Shown in pieces: positions 1 to 10,023 of a DNA stretch of 64,000 nucleotides (positions within the stretch are counted from its first letter, which is position 1; each line of letters begins with the position of its first letter). The notes beneath the pieces were generated by a model. That model saw only the letters and a program-made list of their open reading frames with translations. It was not told the DNA's origin and searched no databases. The DNA is taken from NCBI GenBank assembly GCA_003151625.1, contig PLYC01000007.1, forward strand, positions 2,929 through 66,928, in the 5' to 3' direction. The position numbers and the translations under genes are program-made. The DNA comes from Candidatus Doudnabacteria bacterium. GTDB lineage: Bacteria > Patescibacteriota > Doudnabacteria > UBA920.

Positions 1-1104
1 GCTCTCTCCGGCCGCGTACCGGTTAAAGTAACCAACGAAAACGGCGACATCCATGTTGGCGATTATATTACTCTGTCCAAAGAACTCTCTGGTTATGGAA
101 TGAAGGCTACGTATTCCGGTGAAGTTATCGGCCACGCCCTGGAAAATTTTGAACCCGGCGCGACCAGTACGGGCGGCAGCATTTTGGTTTTCCTGGGGAT
201 TGGTTTCCAAAATATTAACAACACTTTTGTTTTGGGAGACAACGACGGCCAATTAACGTCCGCGACTTCATCTCTGGTTACCCAGGATAACTTCCTAATT
301 AACCAACAAGGTACAGGCAGCCTGCTCCAGCTCCAGTCCGGCGGCCAGAACCGTTTGCTCATTGCCAACAACGGTTCATTTAACCTGTTCGCCAGCACGA
401 CAATTTCCACCTCCACTATATTAAGCGTCTTTAACGGAACCACCACCGAGTTCAGCATTACGGCCGCCGGGCACATTACCGTGGGTCAGGACACGGCCGG
501 GACCGCTACAATTAAAGCGGGAAACAACCAGACCACCGTAACCTTTAACGTGCCTTACGATTCTGTGCCCAAGATTGCGGTTACTGTGCAGGGTTTGCCC
601 AATTTCTTTTACGGCGTGGCCACCAAAACGCCGGACGGCTTTGTCATCCAGACGAGCCAGCCGGTTACGGCCGATACAAGCTTTGATTGGATAGCTCTTG
701 CTCAGCCTTCCACTTCAACATCCGTATCTAGTTTAAATGCGCAAATAGTAGTGGTCAGCCGGCCGGCCGGCCAGGGACAAATTAGTTCAGTTGGTTCTAT
801 TGCCTCCGGCACTTCTACCCCGACCGGTAGCGTCGGGGCCACTCCTCCCGACGCCTCTTCTACCCCTCCGGCTTCTGGTACTGTTGCCGGAACATCCACT
901 ACCGCTTCCGTCACCCCTCCACCCGCTACTACCTCAACCCCTCCGGCCGTTGTAACTCCGCCAGCAGCTCCTCCCGCTGCCGCTACTCCGCCAGCCGATA
1001 TAACTCCAGCCGCCGCCCCTGCCGTCCTAACCCCCTTGCCAGCCCAAAATCAGCCGACCGCCGACCCAGCGCCAGCTCCCGCGGTAAATACCGCAGGATC
1101 ATAG
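1..1104 (+). CDS. C-terminal part of a large surface/adhesin-like protein (5' end outside window) with Pro/Thr/Ala-rich tail
   Basis: Frame 1 is open from base 1 (ALSGRVPVKVTNENGDIHVGDYITLS...MKAT...VIGHALE), a motif I recall from large CPR surface proteins; beta-rich T/S/G sequence, then a low-complexity PTA tail. Confidence 0.7.
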   Translation, partial: ALSGRVPVKVTNENGDIHVGDYITLSKELSGYGMKATYSGEVIGHALENFEPGATSTGGSILVFLGIGFQNINNTFVLGDNDGQLTSATSSLVTQDNFLINQQGTGSLLQLQSGGQNRLLIANNGSFNLFASTTISTSTILSVFNGTTTEFSITAAGHITVGQDTAGTATIKAGNNQTTVTFNVPYDSVPKIAVTVQGLPNFFYGVATKTPDGFVIQTSQPVTADTSFDWIALAQPSTSTSVSSLNAQIVVVSRPAGQGQISSVGSIASGTSTPTGSVGATPPDASSTPPASGTVAGTSTTASVTPPPATTSTPPAVVTPPAAPPAAATPPADITPAAAPAVLTPLPAQNQPTADPAPAPAVNTAGS

Positions 1105-1184
1105 ACAGTTTAAAAAGCCAAGTTTTATAAATTATCCTGTTATGTTACAATATAGTGGTACAAGTACCACTATATTTTTTATTC

Positions 1185-1330
1185 GCGACGTAGGCGAGAC
1201 AAAGTAATGCCTTAAGGTATTACTTTGCGAGCCGAGGAGCTAAGAAAGGTTTAATACCTCGAGGCTTGCCGCGAATTTACAGAGAGGTCTTGCAGTAATA
1301 CCCCGTTGCTTACGGCGGGGGAACCTTTAT
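1185..1330 (+). ncRNA. Structured ~150-nt leader element, copy A (candidate cis-regulatory RNA or mobile repeat)
   Basis: GCGACGTAG-GCGAGA-hairpin-GCGAGCCGAGGAGC...AGGTT.AATACCTC...GCAGTAATACC...GAACCTTTAT; homologous to 5046-5200(-) and 12992-13256(+). Confidence 0.5.
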
Positions 1331-2351
1331 GTCCACAGAAACCAAAAATAAAATTTATCCACGAATTATTACGGGAATTATATTATTGGCCGTCGGGGTT
1401 ATTATAGGCAGATATATTCCCCAACAGTCGCCATCGCCCGATGTAAACCAAAAAAATTTATCTGCCGACGTCCGGGCTGGCGGGGGTAAATATACCAACC
1501 CTCTATTGGATTGTGACCAAAGCCAGGCAGTTTTTGTGGAATTGGCGCCCTTTAAAGATAAGGTCAACAGCCAAATAAGCGATTTAGAAAAAGACCAGGA
1601 TATTTCCAATATTTCAGTTTACTTCCGCGATATGAATAACGGCCCCTGGTTTGGTATTAGCAGTTCGGCGACTTTTTCCCCGGCAAGTCTGTTAAAGGTG
1701 CCTTTGGCCATAGCTTACTATAAGTTAAACGAGCAGTCGCCCGGAGTGCTTGCTCAAACTATAACCTACACGGGACCCGACAGCAGCTGGCCGAACATTA
1801 CCCAAACCATTCCGCCCAAAGAACTGCTTACCGTCGGACAAGCTTACTCAATGGATGATTTAATTAAGCGTATGCTGTCGTACTCCGACAACACCGCCTA
1901 CTACCTTTTATTTTCCAATATTAAACAAACGGATTTACAGTCGGTCTACAACGATTTTAACCTCCAGCTTAACGGTCCGGGTTCGGCGGACGACTCAACA
2001 GTAACTGTGCGTGGTTATTCCAGTTTTTTTAGGATTTTATTCAACGCCTCTTATTTAAATCGTTCAGATTCCGAAAAAGTATTGTCATATTTGGCTGACT
2101 CCGAATTTATGGATGGCTTGGCTGCCGGTGTTCCTAGTAATGTACCAATAGCCCATAAATTCGGCGAACGGGAAACAACCGACAAAAAGCCCGTGGAATT
2201 TCATGATTGCGGCATAGTTTATTATCCGCAGCATCCTTATTTACTTTGCGTTATGACGCAGGGCAGTGACATTGTCAAACAAACGAATGCCATCAAGCAA
2301 ATTTCTTCCACGGTCTATAATCAGGTAAACAGCCAAAACCCGGGGAATTAA
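1329..2351 (+). CDS. Class A beta-lactamase-like serine hydrolase with N-terminal membrane anchor
   Basis: SxxK (ASLLK), SDN and HKFG motifs; hydrophobic N-terminal segment. Confidence 0.85.
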   Translation: MSTETKNKIYPRIITGIILLAVGVIIGRYIPQQSPSPDVNQKNLSADVRAGGGKYTNPLLDCDQSQAVFVELAPFKDKVNSQISDLEKDQDISNISVYFRDMNNGPWFGISSSATFSPASLLKVPLAIAYYKLNEQSPGVLAQTITYTGPDSSWPNITQTIPPKELLTVGQAYSMDDLIKRMLSYSDNTAYYLLFSNIKQTDLQSVYNDFNLQLNGPGSADDSTVTVRGYSSFFRILFNASYLNRSDSEKVLSYLADSEFMDGLAAGVPSNVPIAHKFGERETTDKKPVEFHDCGIVYYPQHPYLLCVMTQGSDIVKQTNAIKQISSTVYNQVNSQNPGN

Positions 2352-2460
2352 AATATGACTTAAGTCTAAGAAGTTTTAATAATATAAAAGATAGTCCGAG
2401 GGAACAAGATTTAACTACTTCGGAAAATAAATCGGAGCAGTCAATAATTTGCCCATTTTG

Positions 2461-2872
2461 CTTAAAAAAAGGGAAAAGCTTTTAATTTGGGCTTTAGTGG
2501 TCTTGGGTGTAACGGCAATTATTTTGGCAGTGTGGGGGAACTTATGAGTTTCGGGCAAGCTCTAGCGCGCGTTCGGAGCTTACAAAACTTCAACAAAATA
2601 ACGCCGCTTCAAGTGGCAACAATGCCTAGCAAATAATTAATGAGGTTGGAAATCTAATTGTGTTGCCGCAAGACGAACAGCCGACAATTGCCACGGTAAC
2701 CGATTTAGCCAAGCTTCAGGGTCAGCCGTTTTTTGCCAACGCCCAAGTGGGAGACAAGGTTTTAATTTACAGCCGGGCAGGCAAAGTTATTTTATACCGG
2801 CCGGGCGAAAATAAAATAATTGAATTGGCGCCAATAAATATTTCCACTACCACCCCGCAAACAAGCCCGTAA
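2461..2872 (+). pseudogene. Disrupted membrane-anchored conserved hypothetical protein
   Basis: ORF 2660-2872 continues upstream in frame through TAG at 2627-2629 (NNA*QIINEVGNLIVLPQDEQPTIATV); a TM segment (LLIWALVVLGVTAIILAVW) further upstream ends in another stop. Confidence 0.6.
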
Positions 2873-3425
2873 GCAAGGGGGGTAAAATAAGTCTTATATT
2901 GCCAACATGTCCTAGTCTTTTATGACCAAAATGTTTTATAAGACTCATTTTGTCCTATTTTAATCCTTATAGGGTCTGTTGCCGAATGTCATTTTTGCCC
3001 AAAATTTGCTTTTTGGGCAAACCGGCCAAAAAAATTTCTCCGCTTACCTTTCAGGTAAACATCAAAATTTGTTTTTACCGCTTTGCCTCAAACATCAAAT
3101 TTTGCATCAAAAAGCCCATTCGGCAACAGACCCTTATACTCTGACTTAACCATAACAAATTTTTCAACCGCTACTTCCTTCTGGCTATGTCGGTAATTTT
3201 GCTTATGGTTGCCATAGGTGGCTACTATATATAGAGTGGCAGTACCCGCCAAACCCGCCCCGTAAACACCCCGCTCCTTAAATCTCGCGACGGCGTAAAA
3301 TTACACTAATCCCAGATGGGCACCATCAAGGGGGACTATGAATAATTTTGAAATATTTATTGAACGATTGAATGAATAATCGCCATCGGGCAGTATCCGC
3401 CCGATGGCGATTATTAAATTTTGAA

Positions 3426-4118
3426 CTATTTAGTCACTACCAGGGCGATTTTTCTGGTAGAGTCTATGCTTTTGGTTGCGTTATTCCAATCCGACGCAGC
3501 GTTTTGCAGCACCGAGAAAGGGTATTCGTTTCCGTCTCCGCCGTCTGTACCGGGGTCGTTGACTATAAATGTATCGCCTTTAAAACCGCGCAGGACTATC
3601 ATATGGTAAAGCGGGCCGCCGTTAACGTATTGAGTGTTGCCTAAAAGCTTGGCGTTTATGGGTAAAAGAATCGGATGGTTATTAATCAGCGCGATTTTTA
3701 AATCGTTTTCCGTAAAATTTGGAATTTGGGTAATATTTAGGCCAAACGCACCTTCGGCCATTTTGGTGGTGGCATCGGCGCCGGTATTTTGGTTATAGCC
3801 TAAATTGGCCTGTTCCCATTTTTTTAAATTGTCTATGGCATTTTGCGCCGCGGTTGCCGGCAGCCGGTCTTCTGTCGTGCCGGTTAAAAACGCGTTGGCC
3901 ATGGTAATGCTGGTTTCTTCGCAGTCTTCGTTGCGGCTCCAGTTATCGGTTGGCGCCTGCGCGCTAAAAGGCACGGCCAGCACAAAATTTATAGGAATGG
4001 TTTTTGGCGCAACCATTTTAAAAATAAACAAAGCCGCCACTGCCAGTAAAACAAAAACAATTCCGGCGTAAAGCATATCCAGTTTTGGGAATTTTATTTG
4101 CATTAAATTGAATCTCAA
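3426..4118 (-). CDS. C39-like cysteine peptidase family protein, membrane anchored
   Basis: VPFSAQAP..W...EDCEE (Cys), HMIV (His), NDPG (Asp); paralog of 4188-4997. Confidence 0.8.
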   Translation of the reverse strand: MRFNLMQIKFPKLDMLYAGIVFVLLAVAALFIFKMVAPKTIPINFVLAVPFSAQAPTDNWSRNEDCEETSITMANAFLTGTTEDRLPATAAQNAIDNLKKWEQANLGYNQNTGADATTKMAEGAFGLNITQIPNFTENDLKIALINNHPILLPINAKLLGNTQYVNGGPLYHMIVLRGFKGDTFIVNDPGTDGGDGNEYPFSVLQNAASDWNNATKSIDSTRKIALVVTK

Positions 4119-4187
4119 AAAATTTTGTTAATTTTACTTTCCGCCAAAGGCGGATCCGCCTCCGGCGGAAATTTTGGTCAATAACTA

Positions 4188-4997
4188 TTATTTCCAAACC
4201 ACAATCATGACTTTTTTTGTTTGGTCAATTGTATTGGTATTGTGATCCCAGTCCGCTCCCGCGTTGTGGAGAGTTTCAAAAGTGTATGGGTAATTTTGGC
4301 CGCGCCTGGTGCCGGAATCGTTTGTAACAAGGCCGTTTGCCGTGTATCCGCGAACAACCAGCATATGATAAATCGGCCCGGGTTGCGTGTAGTTGGGATT
4401 GCCTATAATTTGACCGTTAACCGGCAAAATAACCACGTGGTTCTGGTTAAGTTGGTTTTTTATATCCTGCAAAGTATAGTCTGTAAAAACTTTTGTTTGC
4501 AAACCGTAAAATCCCTGAATCATTTGGGCTGTTTCGGCAGCCGTGGTATCTAAGTGGTATCCAAGGTGGCTGTCTTCCCAGTTATTCAAATTATTCATTT
4601 CGGTTTCGACTTGCGAAGCCGCGAGTACCACATTTGTATTACCGGTTAAATACGTATTAGCCATAAGCGCAGAGGCCTCTTCGCAGTCTTCGTTGTGGGC
4701 AAGATCCCAATTGGCGGTAGGGGCTTGGGAGGTAAAGGGGATTGGTAAGTTTAAGACACTTGGCTCTGCCGGAGTCGAGGTCGCGATTAGTGCTTGATTT
4801 TGGGAAGACAGCCTGCCGTTTCCGGTTGTGGTGGCTGACATCCCCAATTGGTCGTTATAATTTAAAACGATCGGTGTTTTACTGTTAATATAATAAAAAG
4901 CAGCCGCGACGAAAATTATTGCGGCAATAAAGAAAAAAAACATAACTCTCGAAGATTTTTTGTGGGGGGTAATTTTTGATATTTTAAAATCGTCCAT
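4188..4997 (-). CDS. C39-like cysteine peptidase family protein, membrane anchored
   Basis: IPFTSQAP..W...EDCEE, HMLV, NDSG motifs; tandem paralog. Confidence 0.8.
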   Translation of the reverse strand: MDDFKISKITPHKKSSRVMFFFFIAAIIFVAAAFYYINSKTPIVLNYNDQLGMSATTTGNGRLSSQNQALIATSTPAEPSVLNLPIPFTSQAPTANWDLAHNEDCEEASALMANTYLTGNTNVVLAASQVETEMNNLNNWEDSHLGYHLDTTAAETAQMIQGFYGLQTKVFTDYTLQDIKNQLNQNHVVILPVNGQIIGNPNYTQPGPIYHMLVVRGYTANGLVTNDSGTRRGQNYPYTFETLHNAGADWDHNTNTIDQTKKVMIVVWK

Positions 4998-5045
4998 AAT
5001 TATGTGTTTAAGGACTTACCTATTAACTGTCCAGACGATAAAGAA

Positions 5046-5200
5046 ATAAAGGTTCGCTCTCTACAAAACCACGAGGTATTACTGCGCGAGTTATAGACTG
5101 CTATCGCAGTCGCCCGTTGGCTGGATGAGGTATCGAACCTGTATTGGCTCCTCGGCTCGCAAAGTAATCCTTAAGCTTACTTTGTCTCGCTCTACGTCGC
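5046..5200 (-). ncRNA. Structured ~150-nt leader element, copy B
   Basis: Reverse complement aligns with 1185-1330 and 12992-13256; ends about 50 nt upstream of the start at 4997. Confidence 0.5.
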
Positions 5201-5236
5201 TAATAAAAAGCCCTTGCTCTAGCAAGGGCTAACTAT

Positions 5237-5344
5237 TTATTTAACAACCGGAGGAGTCGCTGGCTTTTGGCCTGCGGGTGTAGGTTCGGCAGAAGTAGTA
5301 GGGGCTGTTGGTGTGGTTGTCGGAGGCTTTGTATCGTCGCTCAT
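5237..5344 (-). CDS. Small Pro/Thr-rich peptide (35 aa, MSDDTKPPTTTPTAPTTSAEPTPAGQKPATPPVVK)
   Basis: GAAAGGA RBS before ATG; followed by hairpin AGCCCTTGCT-AG-AGCAAGGGCT and a T-tract on the minus strand. Confidence 0.45.
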   Translation of the reverse strand: MSDDTKPPTTTPTAPTTSAEPTPAGQKPATPPVVK

Positions 5345-5736
5345 AAATTTTCCTTTCTCTGCCATACCGTTGCTCTTTGGCCAAGCAGGTTTAAATTATT
5401 GTTGAGGTCTGTAGAGTATTTTTTTACATTGTCAGTAAAAAAATTTTGGGTCTCCAGGACCTCTTAAGTCATCGTAGTCTAAGGCGCAGATTCTGTATAC
5501 AGTAAAAAGTACGTATTACAACATTTAAGCCCGAGTTAAGCCTTAAGAAATGTTTATGGGTACGCTTAAGCAGTTAAATAGTTATTTAATTATTAATTTA
5601 TGTTCTAAATCCGGTTAAACGTTCATAACAAGTGTATAACTAATTTGACAGCTATATACATTTACTAGAATGGGGAGTAGGCTTAAGGTCTAGGGTTTAA
5701 TAATTAGATTACTAACTAACCATTTAACTAATTGTT

Positions 5737-5797
5737 GGACTTACGCATTTTTGTTTTTTTAATTTAATGTTTTTAAAATAAAAAGGCGTAAGTCCTA
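5737..5797. repeat. Short MITE-like element with GGACTTACGC/GCGTAAGTCC termini
   Basis: Same inverted termini as 8307, 11626 and 20600. Confidence 0.7.
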
Positions 5798-5820
5798 TGA
5801 TTGATTAAACAAGGAATGCC

Positions 5821-6126
5821 ATGCTTACCGATAAACAAATAACAAAAATTCGCAAGGCGTTTAACGGTACCGATCAAAGAGTAATTTTTAAAATACTCGG
5901 CGATACCAACCGTTACCGCATTTTTGAAATGTTGGGAAAACATTCCCGGCTTTCCGTAGGCGATATGGCAAAAATTTTAAGAATTTCCATACCCTTAGCC
6001 TCACAACATCTTAAAATTTTAGAGCAAGGCAATATGCTGGAAAAGGAGAAGCAGGGCCAGAAAGTTTATTACAAGCTTAGAACCGATAACACGATTGCCC
6101 ACGCGATTACCAAAGGCGTCCTCTAA
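5821..6126 (+). CDS. ArsR/SmtB family transcriptional regulator
   Basis: FKILGD.NRYRI...SVGDMA....IS..LASQHLKILE.G.ML...KQGQKVYY winged-HTH pattern. Confidence 0.85.
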   Translation: MLTDKQITKIRKAFNGTDQRVIFKILGDTNRYRIFEMLGKHSRLSVGDMAKILRISIPLASQHLKILEQGNMLEKEKQGQKVYYKLRTDNTIAHAITKGVL

Positions 6127-6138
6127 CCACTACTAAAT

Positions 6139-6372
6139 ATGCCAAAAGAAAATGTTATTATTCTTGCCAGAGAATTATTTAAAATCAGGCTTAGTTCTTC
6201 CCGGGAAGGCGTTGCCGAAGATGACGGCGTGCATGAAATGAAAATCAAAGGCATTAGCTCTTACAACGACGTGGTAATAGAAAAGTGGTATAAGGAGGCC
6301 ATAAGAACAGCTGAAATTATAATCGCTTTGGAAGAAGAATATTTGAAAACAGATAATTTTCCACATAATTAA
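6139..6372 (+). CDS. Hypothetical protein
   Basis: 77-aa ORF with operon-like spacing after the ArsR gene. Confidence 0.55.
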   Translation: MPKENVIILARELFKIRLSSSREGVAEDDGVHEMKIKGISSYNDVVIEKWYKEAIRTAEIIIALEEEYLKTDNFPHN

Positions 6373-6386
6373 TTTTTAAAAAATAT

Positions 6387-6887
6387 ATGTCGTTTTCAAA
6401 CGGAATGAACGAAAAAAAAGAAAAGTCTGAAGGTAGAAATCAGGTTTATTTGTATACCGCCGCCGGTGTGATAGTTCTGGCGCTCGCCATTTGGGGAGTC
6501 TATGCTTATAACCATTCGGGCAGTCAGACCGGCACTCAACAGGTCTCGCTCCAGGACAACTTAAATAACACTCCGGCCGCAACCACAACCCCGACCTCCA
6601 CCCCCGCAAGCATTCCCGAGAAGCTTTCTTATGGTGCCGCTATACAAGCCTACCCAGAACGTTTTCAGTTTAAGCTATGCCAGGGAACCCCAGCCACGAT
6701 TGCCGTAAAGAAAGGCACGCCAGTTATGCTGGATAATAGAGATACAACAGCACATACCTTTAAGGCCGATACCCAAACTTTTAGAATTGCTGGTTTAGAT
6801 TACGCTGTGCTTTATCCGCAAGTTCTAGGTAACCTTGTGGTCACCTGCGACAGCAAAGACCGGGTGACGTTAAATGTTGAAAAATAA
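6387..6887 (+). CDS. Membrane-anchored protein, possible cupredoxin-like fold
   Basis: TM segment, T/P linker, then PATIAVKKGTPVMLDNRD..AHTF. Confidence 0.6.
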   Translation: MSFSNGMNEKKEKSEGRNQVYLYTAAGVIVLALAIWGVYAYNHSGSQTGTQQVSLQDNLNNTPAATTTPTSTPASIPEKLSYGAAIQAYPERFQFKLCQGTPATIAVKKGTPVMLDNRDTTAHTFKADTQTFRIAGLDYAVLYPQVLGNLVVTCDSKDRVTLNVEK

Positions 6888-6894
6888 ATTAAAC

Positions 6895-7058
6895 AAATTC
6901 GAAATACGAATACCTGCCTCGACTTGACTGCCGAGTCAAGGCGGGTCGAAATTCGAAACAAATTCGAAATTTAAAATTTTAATATTTAAAACAGGTTTTG
7001 AATTTACTCATTTAGAATTTAAATATTGTTTCGTATTTCGGATTTAGTGCTTCGGATT
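6895..7058. repeat. Heptamer-stutter inverted repeat (TCGAAAT.../...ATTTCGG) with a nested GC hairpin
   Basis: Similar to 62633-62771; nested CTGCCTCGACT...AGTCAAGGCGG resembles 48236-48265. Confidence 0.6.
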
Positions 7059-7076
7059 TATTTTGAAAGGAACTTT

Positions 7077-7433
7077 ATGGATTCATATAACTCACCCAGT
7101 ACCAAACCGCTTTACCGCGGTACGCAAATTGTTTGGTATATTGTCGGCCTTTTGGAAGCGCTCTTGGCGTTTCGGTTTGTGCTTAAACTGCTCGGTGCCA
7201 ATCCCGCCGCCGGATTTACCAGCTTCATTTACGGCATTACCTATCCTTTTGCCGCTCCGTTCTTAAGTGTGTTTAAGATAAGCGATGTTAACGGCAGTAT
7301 TTTTGAATGGACTACCTTGCTGGCCATGTTGGTTTACTGGCTGATTGCCATGGCTATTGTTAAATTGTTTTTAATGGGCAAAACCGTTTCCACTCCGGAA
7401 GCCGCGGTCAAGTTAGACAACCAGGATAAATAA
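7077..7433 (+). CDS. YggT family membrane protein
   Basis: RFVLKLLGANP...FTSFIYGITYPF.APF..F pattern; GAAAGG RBS before ATG 7077. Confidence 0.8.
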   Translation: MDSYNSPSTKPLYRGTQIVWYIVGLLEALLAFRFVLKLLGANPAAGFTSFIYGITYPFAAPFLSVFKISDVNGSIFEWTTLLAMLVYWLIAMAIVKLFLMGKTVSTPEAAVKLDNQDK

Positions 7434-7445
7434 TAGTTTAATCTT

Positions 7446-7628
7446 GTGGTTATCAAAAAAACTAGGCGGATAATTATCATACTGATAGTCACACTGTCAT
7501 TTGTAAATGTGTTTATTAGCACATCTTTGCATGATAAGTCGACAAACGTAGCCATTTCTACGGGCGTGTTAGTTGCCACTATCGTGCTTGCTGTATTACT
7601 TATTTTGACTGAAGCACGGAAAGAATAG
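7446..7628 (+). CDS. Small two-TM hypothetical protein
   Basis: 60 aa, two hydrophobic segments, fills the gap within the operon. Confidence 0.45.
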   Translation: MVIKKTRRIIIILIVTLSFVNVFISTSLHDKSTNVAISTGVLVATIVLAVLLILTEARKE

Positions 7629-7667
7629 AGATAGAAAAATAATATTACAATGGAAAGGAAAAAGTTT

Positions 7668-8036
7668 ATGACAAAAACATCTAACGCCGGAAAAGTTGCC
7701 GGAGCTGTAGGACTGGCAGCCGGAATTGCGGCAGCGGCAGCGTATTATTTTTACGGAAAAGAAGGTAAAGGCCACAGAAAGGAAGCCGAGACTTGGACAA
7801 AAAAGGCCAAAGCGGAAGTTTTGGAAAAAATTAAAGAAATGAAAAATATCAGCCAAACGGCTTATGAAAAGGTCATAGCGGAGGTTTTGGCGAAATACAA
7901 ACTGGTTAAGAATATTGATCCTAAAGAATTGCAAAGTTTTGGGCAAGAGTTAAAAGCTCATTGGACAGAAATTTCCAAACAAGCGGCCAAGCTTAGCGGA
8001 AAAGGCGTCTCAAAAAAACCTGCGACGAAAATATGA
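7668..8036 (+). CDS. YtxH-like general stress protein (paralog of 10221-10604)
   Basis: GxAAGxAAAAAYYF.GK.GK.H, then a helical K/E-rich region; shares KNIDPKELQ.FG.ELK.HW with the paralog. Confidence 0.65.
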   Translation: MTKTSNAGKVAGAVGLAAGIAAAAAYYFYGKEGKGHRKEAETWTKKAKAEVLEKIKEMKNISQTAYEKVIAEVLAKYKLVKNIDPKELQSFGQELKAHWTEISKQAAKLSGKGVSKKPATKI

Positions 8037-8305
8037 TTATTTTACTTGTTTTAGTTTTTGGCGCGATTGTCGGAATTATTGCCTTTGCGGTTAAGGGTTC
8101 CGGTTATGGGTTGTGGTGGGACATAATGCTGGGGATTGTCGGGTCTATTATTGCGAGTTTCGTTATGACAGCCGCTTACATTTTAAACCGTTTTGGCAGG
8201 GCAGATGTTATAGGGTTTAATTGGTACAGTATGGTTATTGGGACAATTGGCGCTCTTACGGTAATTTACGGCGCTTGGCTTTATAATAGAGCAAATTTAA
8301 TATAA
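8033..8305 (+). CDS. GlsB/YeaQ/YmgE family stress-response membrane protein
   Basis: FGAIVG.IA......G.GL..DI.LGIVGS pattern. Confidence 0.75.
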   Translation: MIILLVLVFGAIVGIIAFAVKGSGYGLWWDIMLGIVGSIIASFVMTAAYILNRFGRADVIGFNWYSMVIGTIGALTVIYGAWLYNRANLI

Positions 8306-8306
8306 A

Positions 8307-8395
8307 TAGGACTTACGCACTTGGTCAAGCCCTTGTGGTTTGAGGCAACAATATATAGAGTTTCTATCATTTTTGCCTCAAACGCGTAAGTCCTA
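8307..8395. mobile_element. MITE-like element, internally deleted version of 11626-11799
   Basis: TAGGACTTACGC...GCGTAAGTCCTA termini; keeps the GTTTGAGGCAA...TTGCCTCAAAC hairpin. Confidence 0.75.
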
Positions 8396-8450
8396 ATAAA
8401 AATAATTTTTAAACGGTTTAATTATACGATTAAACCTAAAAAGGAGATAT

Positions 8451-8615
8451 ATGGCGACAGATGAAGATGTACAAAATGCCGATGACGATGCGTCAGACGC
8501 TCAAACTAGCGCTGATGTCGCTAAAGATGATGCCAAGCAGGTGCGTAGTGATGTGATAGACGAACATCATCAAATATCCGATGATGAAGAAAATAAAGCC
8601 GAGGCTTTGGAGTAG
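8451..8615 (+). CDS. Small highly acidic protein (54 aa, MATDEDVQNADDDASDAQ...)
   Basis: AAGGAG RBS; clean ORF below the track's length cutoff; inside the stress cluster. Confidence 0.65.
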   Translation: MATDEDVQNADDDASDAQTSADVAKDDAKQVRSDVIDEHHQISDDEENKAEALE

Positions 8616-8661
8616 AAAGGTCGCAATTTTTGAAATTATTAATAACTAAACAACATTTTAT

Positions 8662-8913
8662 ATGGGAATTATACTTTGGATAATATTTGGCGCTTTGGCC
8701 GGGTGGATTGCCTCGGCAATTATGGGGAGCAGGGACGGTGTGTTAATGGATATAGTAATTGGAATAGTTGGCGCGGTTTTGGGCGGCTGGATTATGAGCC
8801 TCTTTGGCCAGGGCGGCGTATCGGGCTTTAATCTTTATAGCTTCCTGGTGGCAATACTAGGAGCAGTCGTTCTAATTTGGATTGTAAGAGCTATAAGGGG
8901 TTCTAAAGTTTAA
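8662..8913 (+). CDS. GlsB/YeaQ/YmgE family (transglycosylase-associated) membrane protein
   Basis: WIIFGALAGWIAS.IM...DIVIGIVGA.LGG...GFNLYSFLVA.LGAVVL. Confidence 0.9.
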   Translation: MGIILWIIFGALAGWIASAIMGSRDGVLMDIVIGIVGAVLGGWIMSLFGQGGVSGFNLYSFLVAILGAVVLIWIVRAIRGSKV

Positions 8914-9090
8914 AACATAATAGTAAGTCCTACATAGGCTAATATACAGGCTTTTTGACAAGGCTTTTTGACGGTTTGACTTTGTGCTTAATACCTGTCA
9001 TACTTATAAAGCAAAAAATATTTATAGAAAAGTCGTCGAATTTCACAAATATATTTTAAATTTGCAACTTTATTTTTAAACTCTAAATCC

Positions 9091-9288
9091 ATGAATGGTG
9101 TAATTAAGAAAAAGATTGACAAAGGCTTTGGTTTTATTACCGTTGCCGGTCAAGACAAAGACTTATTTTTTCACAGCAAGTCTTTGGTTGGCGTCACTTT
9201 TGACGAAATCCAAGAAGGTGATAACGTCTCTTTTGATGTAGAAGATTCTCCAAAAGGACCGAACGCTGTTAACGTACAACGCGTTTAA
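9091..9288 (+). CDS. Cold-shock domain protein
   Basis: KGFGFI (RNP1), DLFFH (RNP2), GPNAVNV. Confidence 0.95.
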   Translation: MNGVIKKKIDKGFGFITVAGQDKDLFFHSKSLVGVTFDEIQEGDNVSFDVEDSPKGPNAVNVQRV

Positions 9289-9297
9289 TTTGTCTTT

Positions 9298-9332
9298 AAA
9301 AAAGCCCCTCCGATTATCGGAGGGGCTTTTTG
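9298..9332. terminator. Bidirectional intrinsic terminator
   Basis: AAAAAAGCCCCTCCGAT-T-ATCGGAGGGGCTTTTT between convergent genes. Confidence 0.8.
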
Positions 9333-9369
9333 TTTTATTGGCTGGTAGTGTCAAAGGTGACCTTTGACA

Positions 9370-9996
9370 CTATTTAAGCAAGCTTTTTAAGTTGGCAATT
9401 TTACCGTCCGTAATATCCCATTCGTAAATGTCTGCGTTGGCAATATCTTTGTCCGTGTCCAGTCCTCTATAAATTCTGGGAATGTCGGGGAAGTGGAAAA
9501 GCAATAATCGGATAACACCATTGTGGGTAATAATGCCCACATTTTGTTTGTCGTGGTTGGAAATAATATCTAAAATCGCGCTTATGGATCTTTGCCTGAC
9601 ATCCTCCACGCTTTCCCCGCCAAAAGGGCGGTAGTCATAGCTTTGCATGGCTTCGCGTTCGCGGTTATCGGGCAAGAGCCTGTCCCATTCCTCATGGTTT
9701 TTGCCGCTCAAACTCCCAAAGTCGCGCTCGCGTAATCGAAAATCGTGAAAGACCGGTATGGGTTCCTTCAAACTTTTGTTTATTAGCGCGGCTGTTTCCT
9801 CGGCCCTAAGCAGGTAAGAAGTAAACAATACATCTAAATCTAAAACTTCAACAAATTTTGCGATTTTTTGGATCTGCAAAACTCCCTGAGTGTCCAGGTA
9901 GTCGTTAATTTGTACACCTTGCCTAATTTTTTGTTTATTACTTATGGTCTCTCCATGGCGAATAAAGTAGAGAGTGGTGGAGCTTCTAATTTTCAT
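9370..9996 (-). CDS. Histidine phosphatase (phosphoglycerate mutase-like) family protein
   Basis: IRHGET, S.L.RA.ETA, LRERDFG, GGES, THNGVIR motifs. Confidence 0.9.
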   Translation of the reverse strand: MKIRSSTTLYFIRHGETISNKQKIRQGVQINDYLDTQGVLQIQKIAKFVEVLDLDVLFTSYLLRAEETAALINKSLKEPIPVFHDFRLRERDFGSLSGKNHEEWDRLLPDNREREAMQSYDYRPFGGESVEDVRQRSISAILDIISNHDKQNVGIITHNGVIRLLLFHFPDIPRIYRGLDTDKDIANADIYEWDITDGKIANLKSLLK

Positions 9997-10023
9997 TGAG
10001 GGTAGTTTAGAGTCTCGGAATTT

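Noticed and set aside
840-1100. Pro/Thr/Ala-rich stretch as a tandem DNA repeat or contingency locus
   Set aside because: Codons vary between units; it is a low-complexity protein linker.
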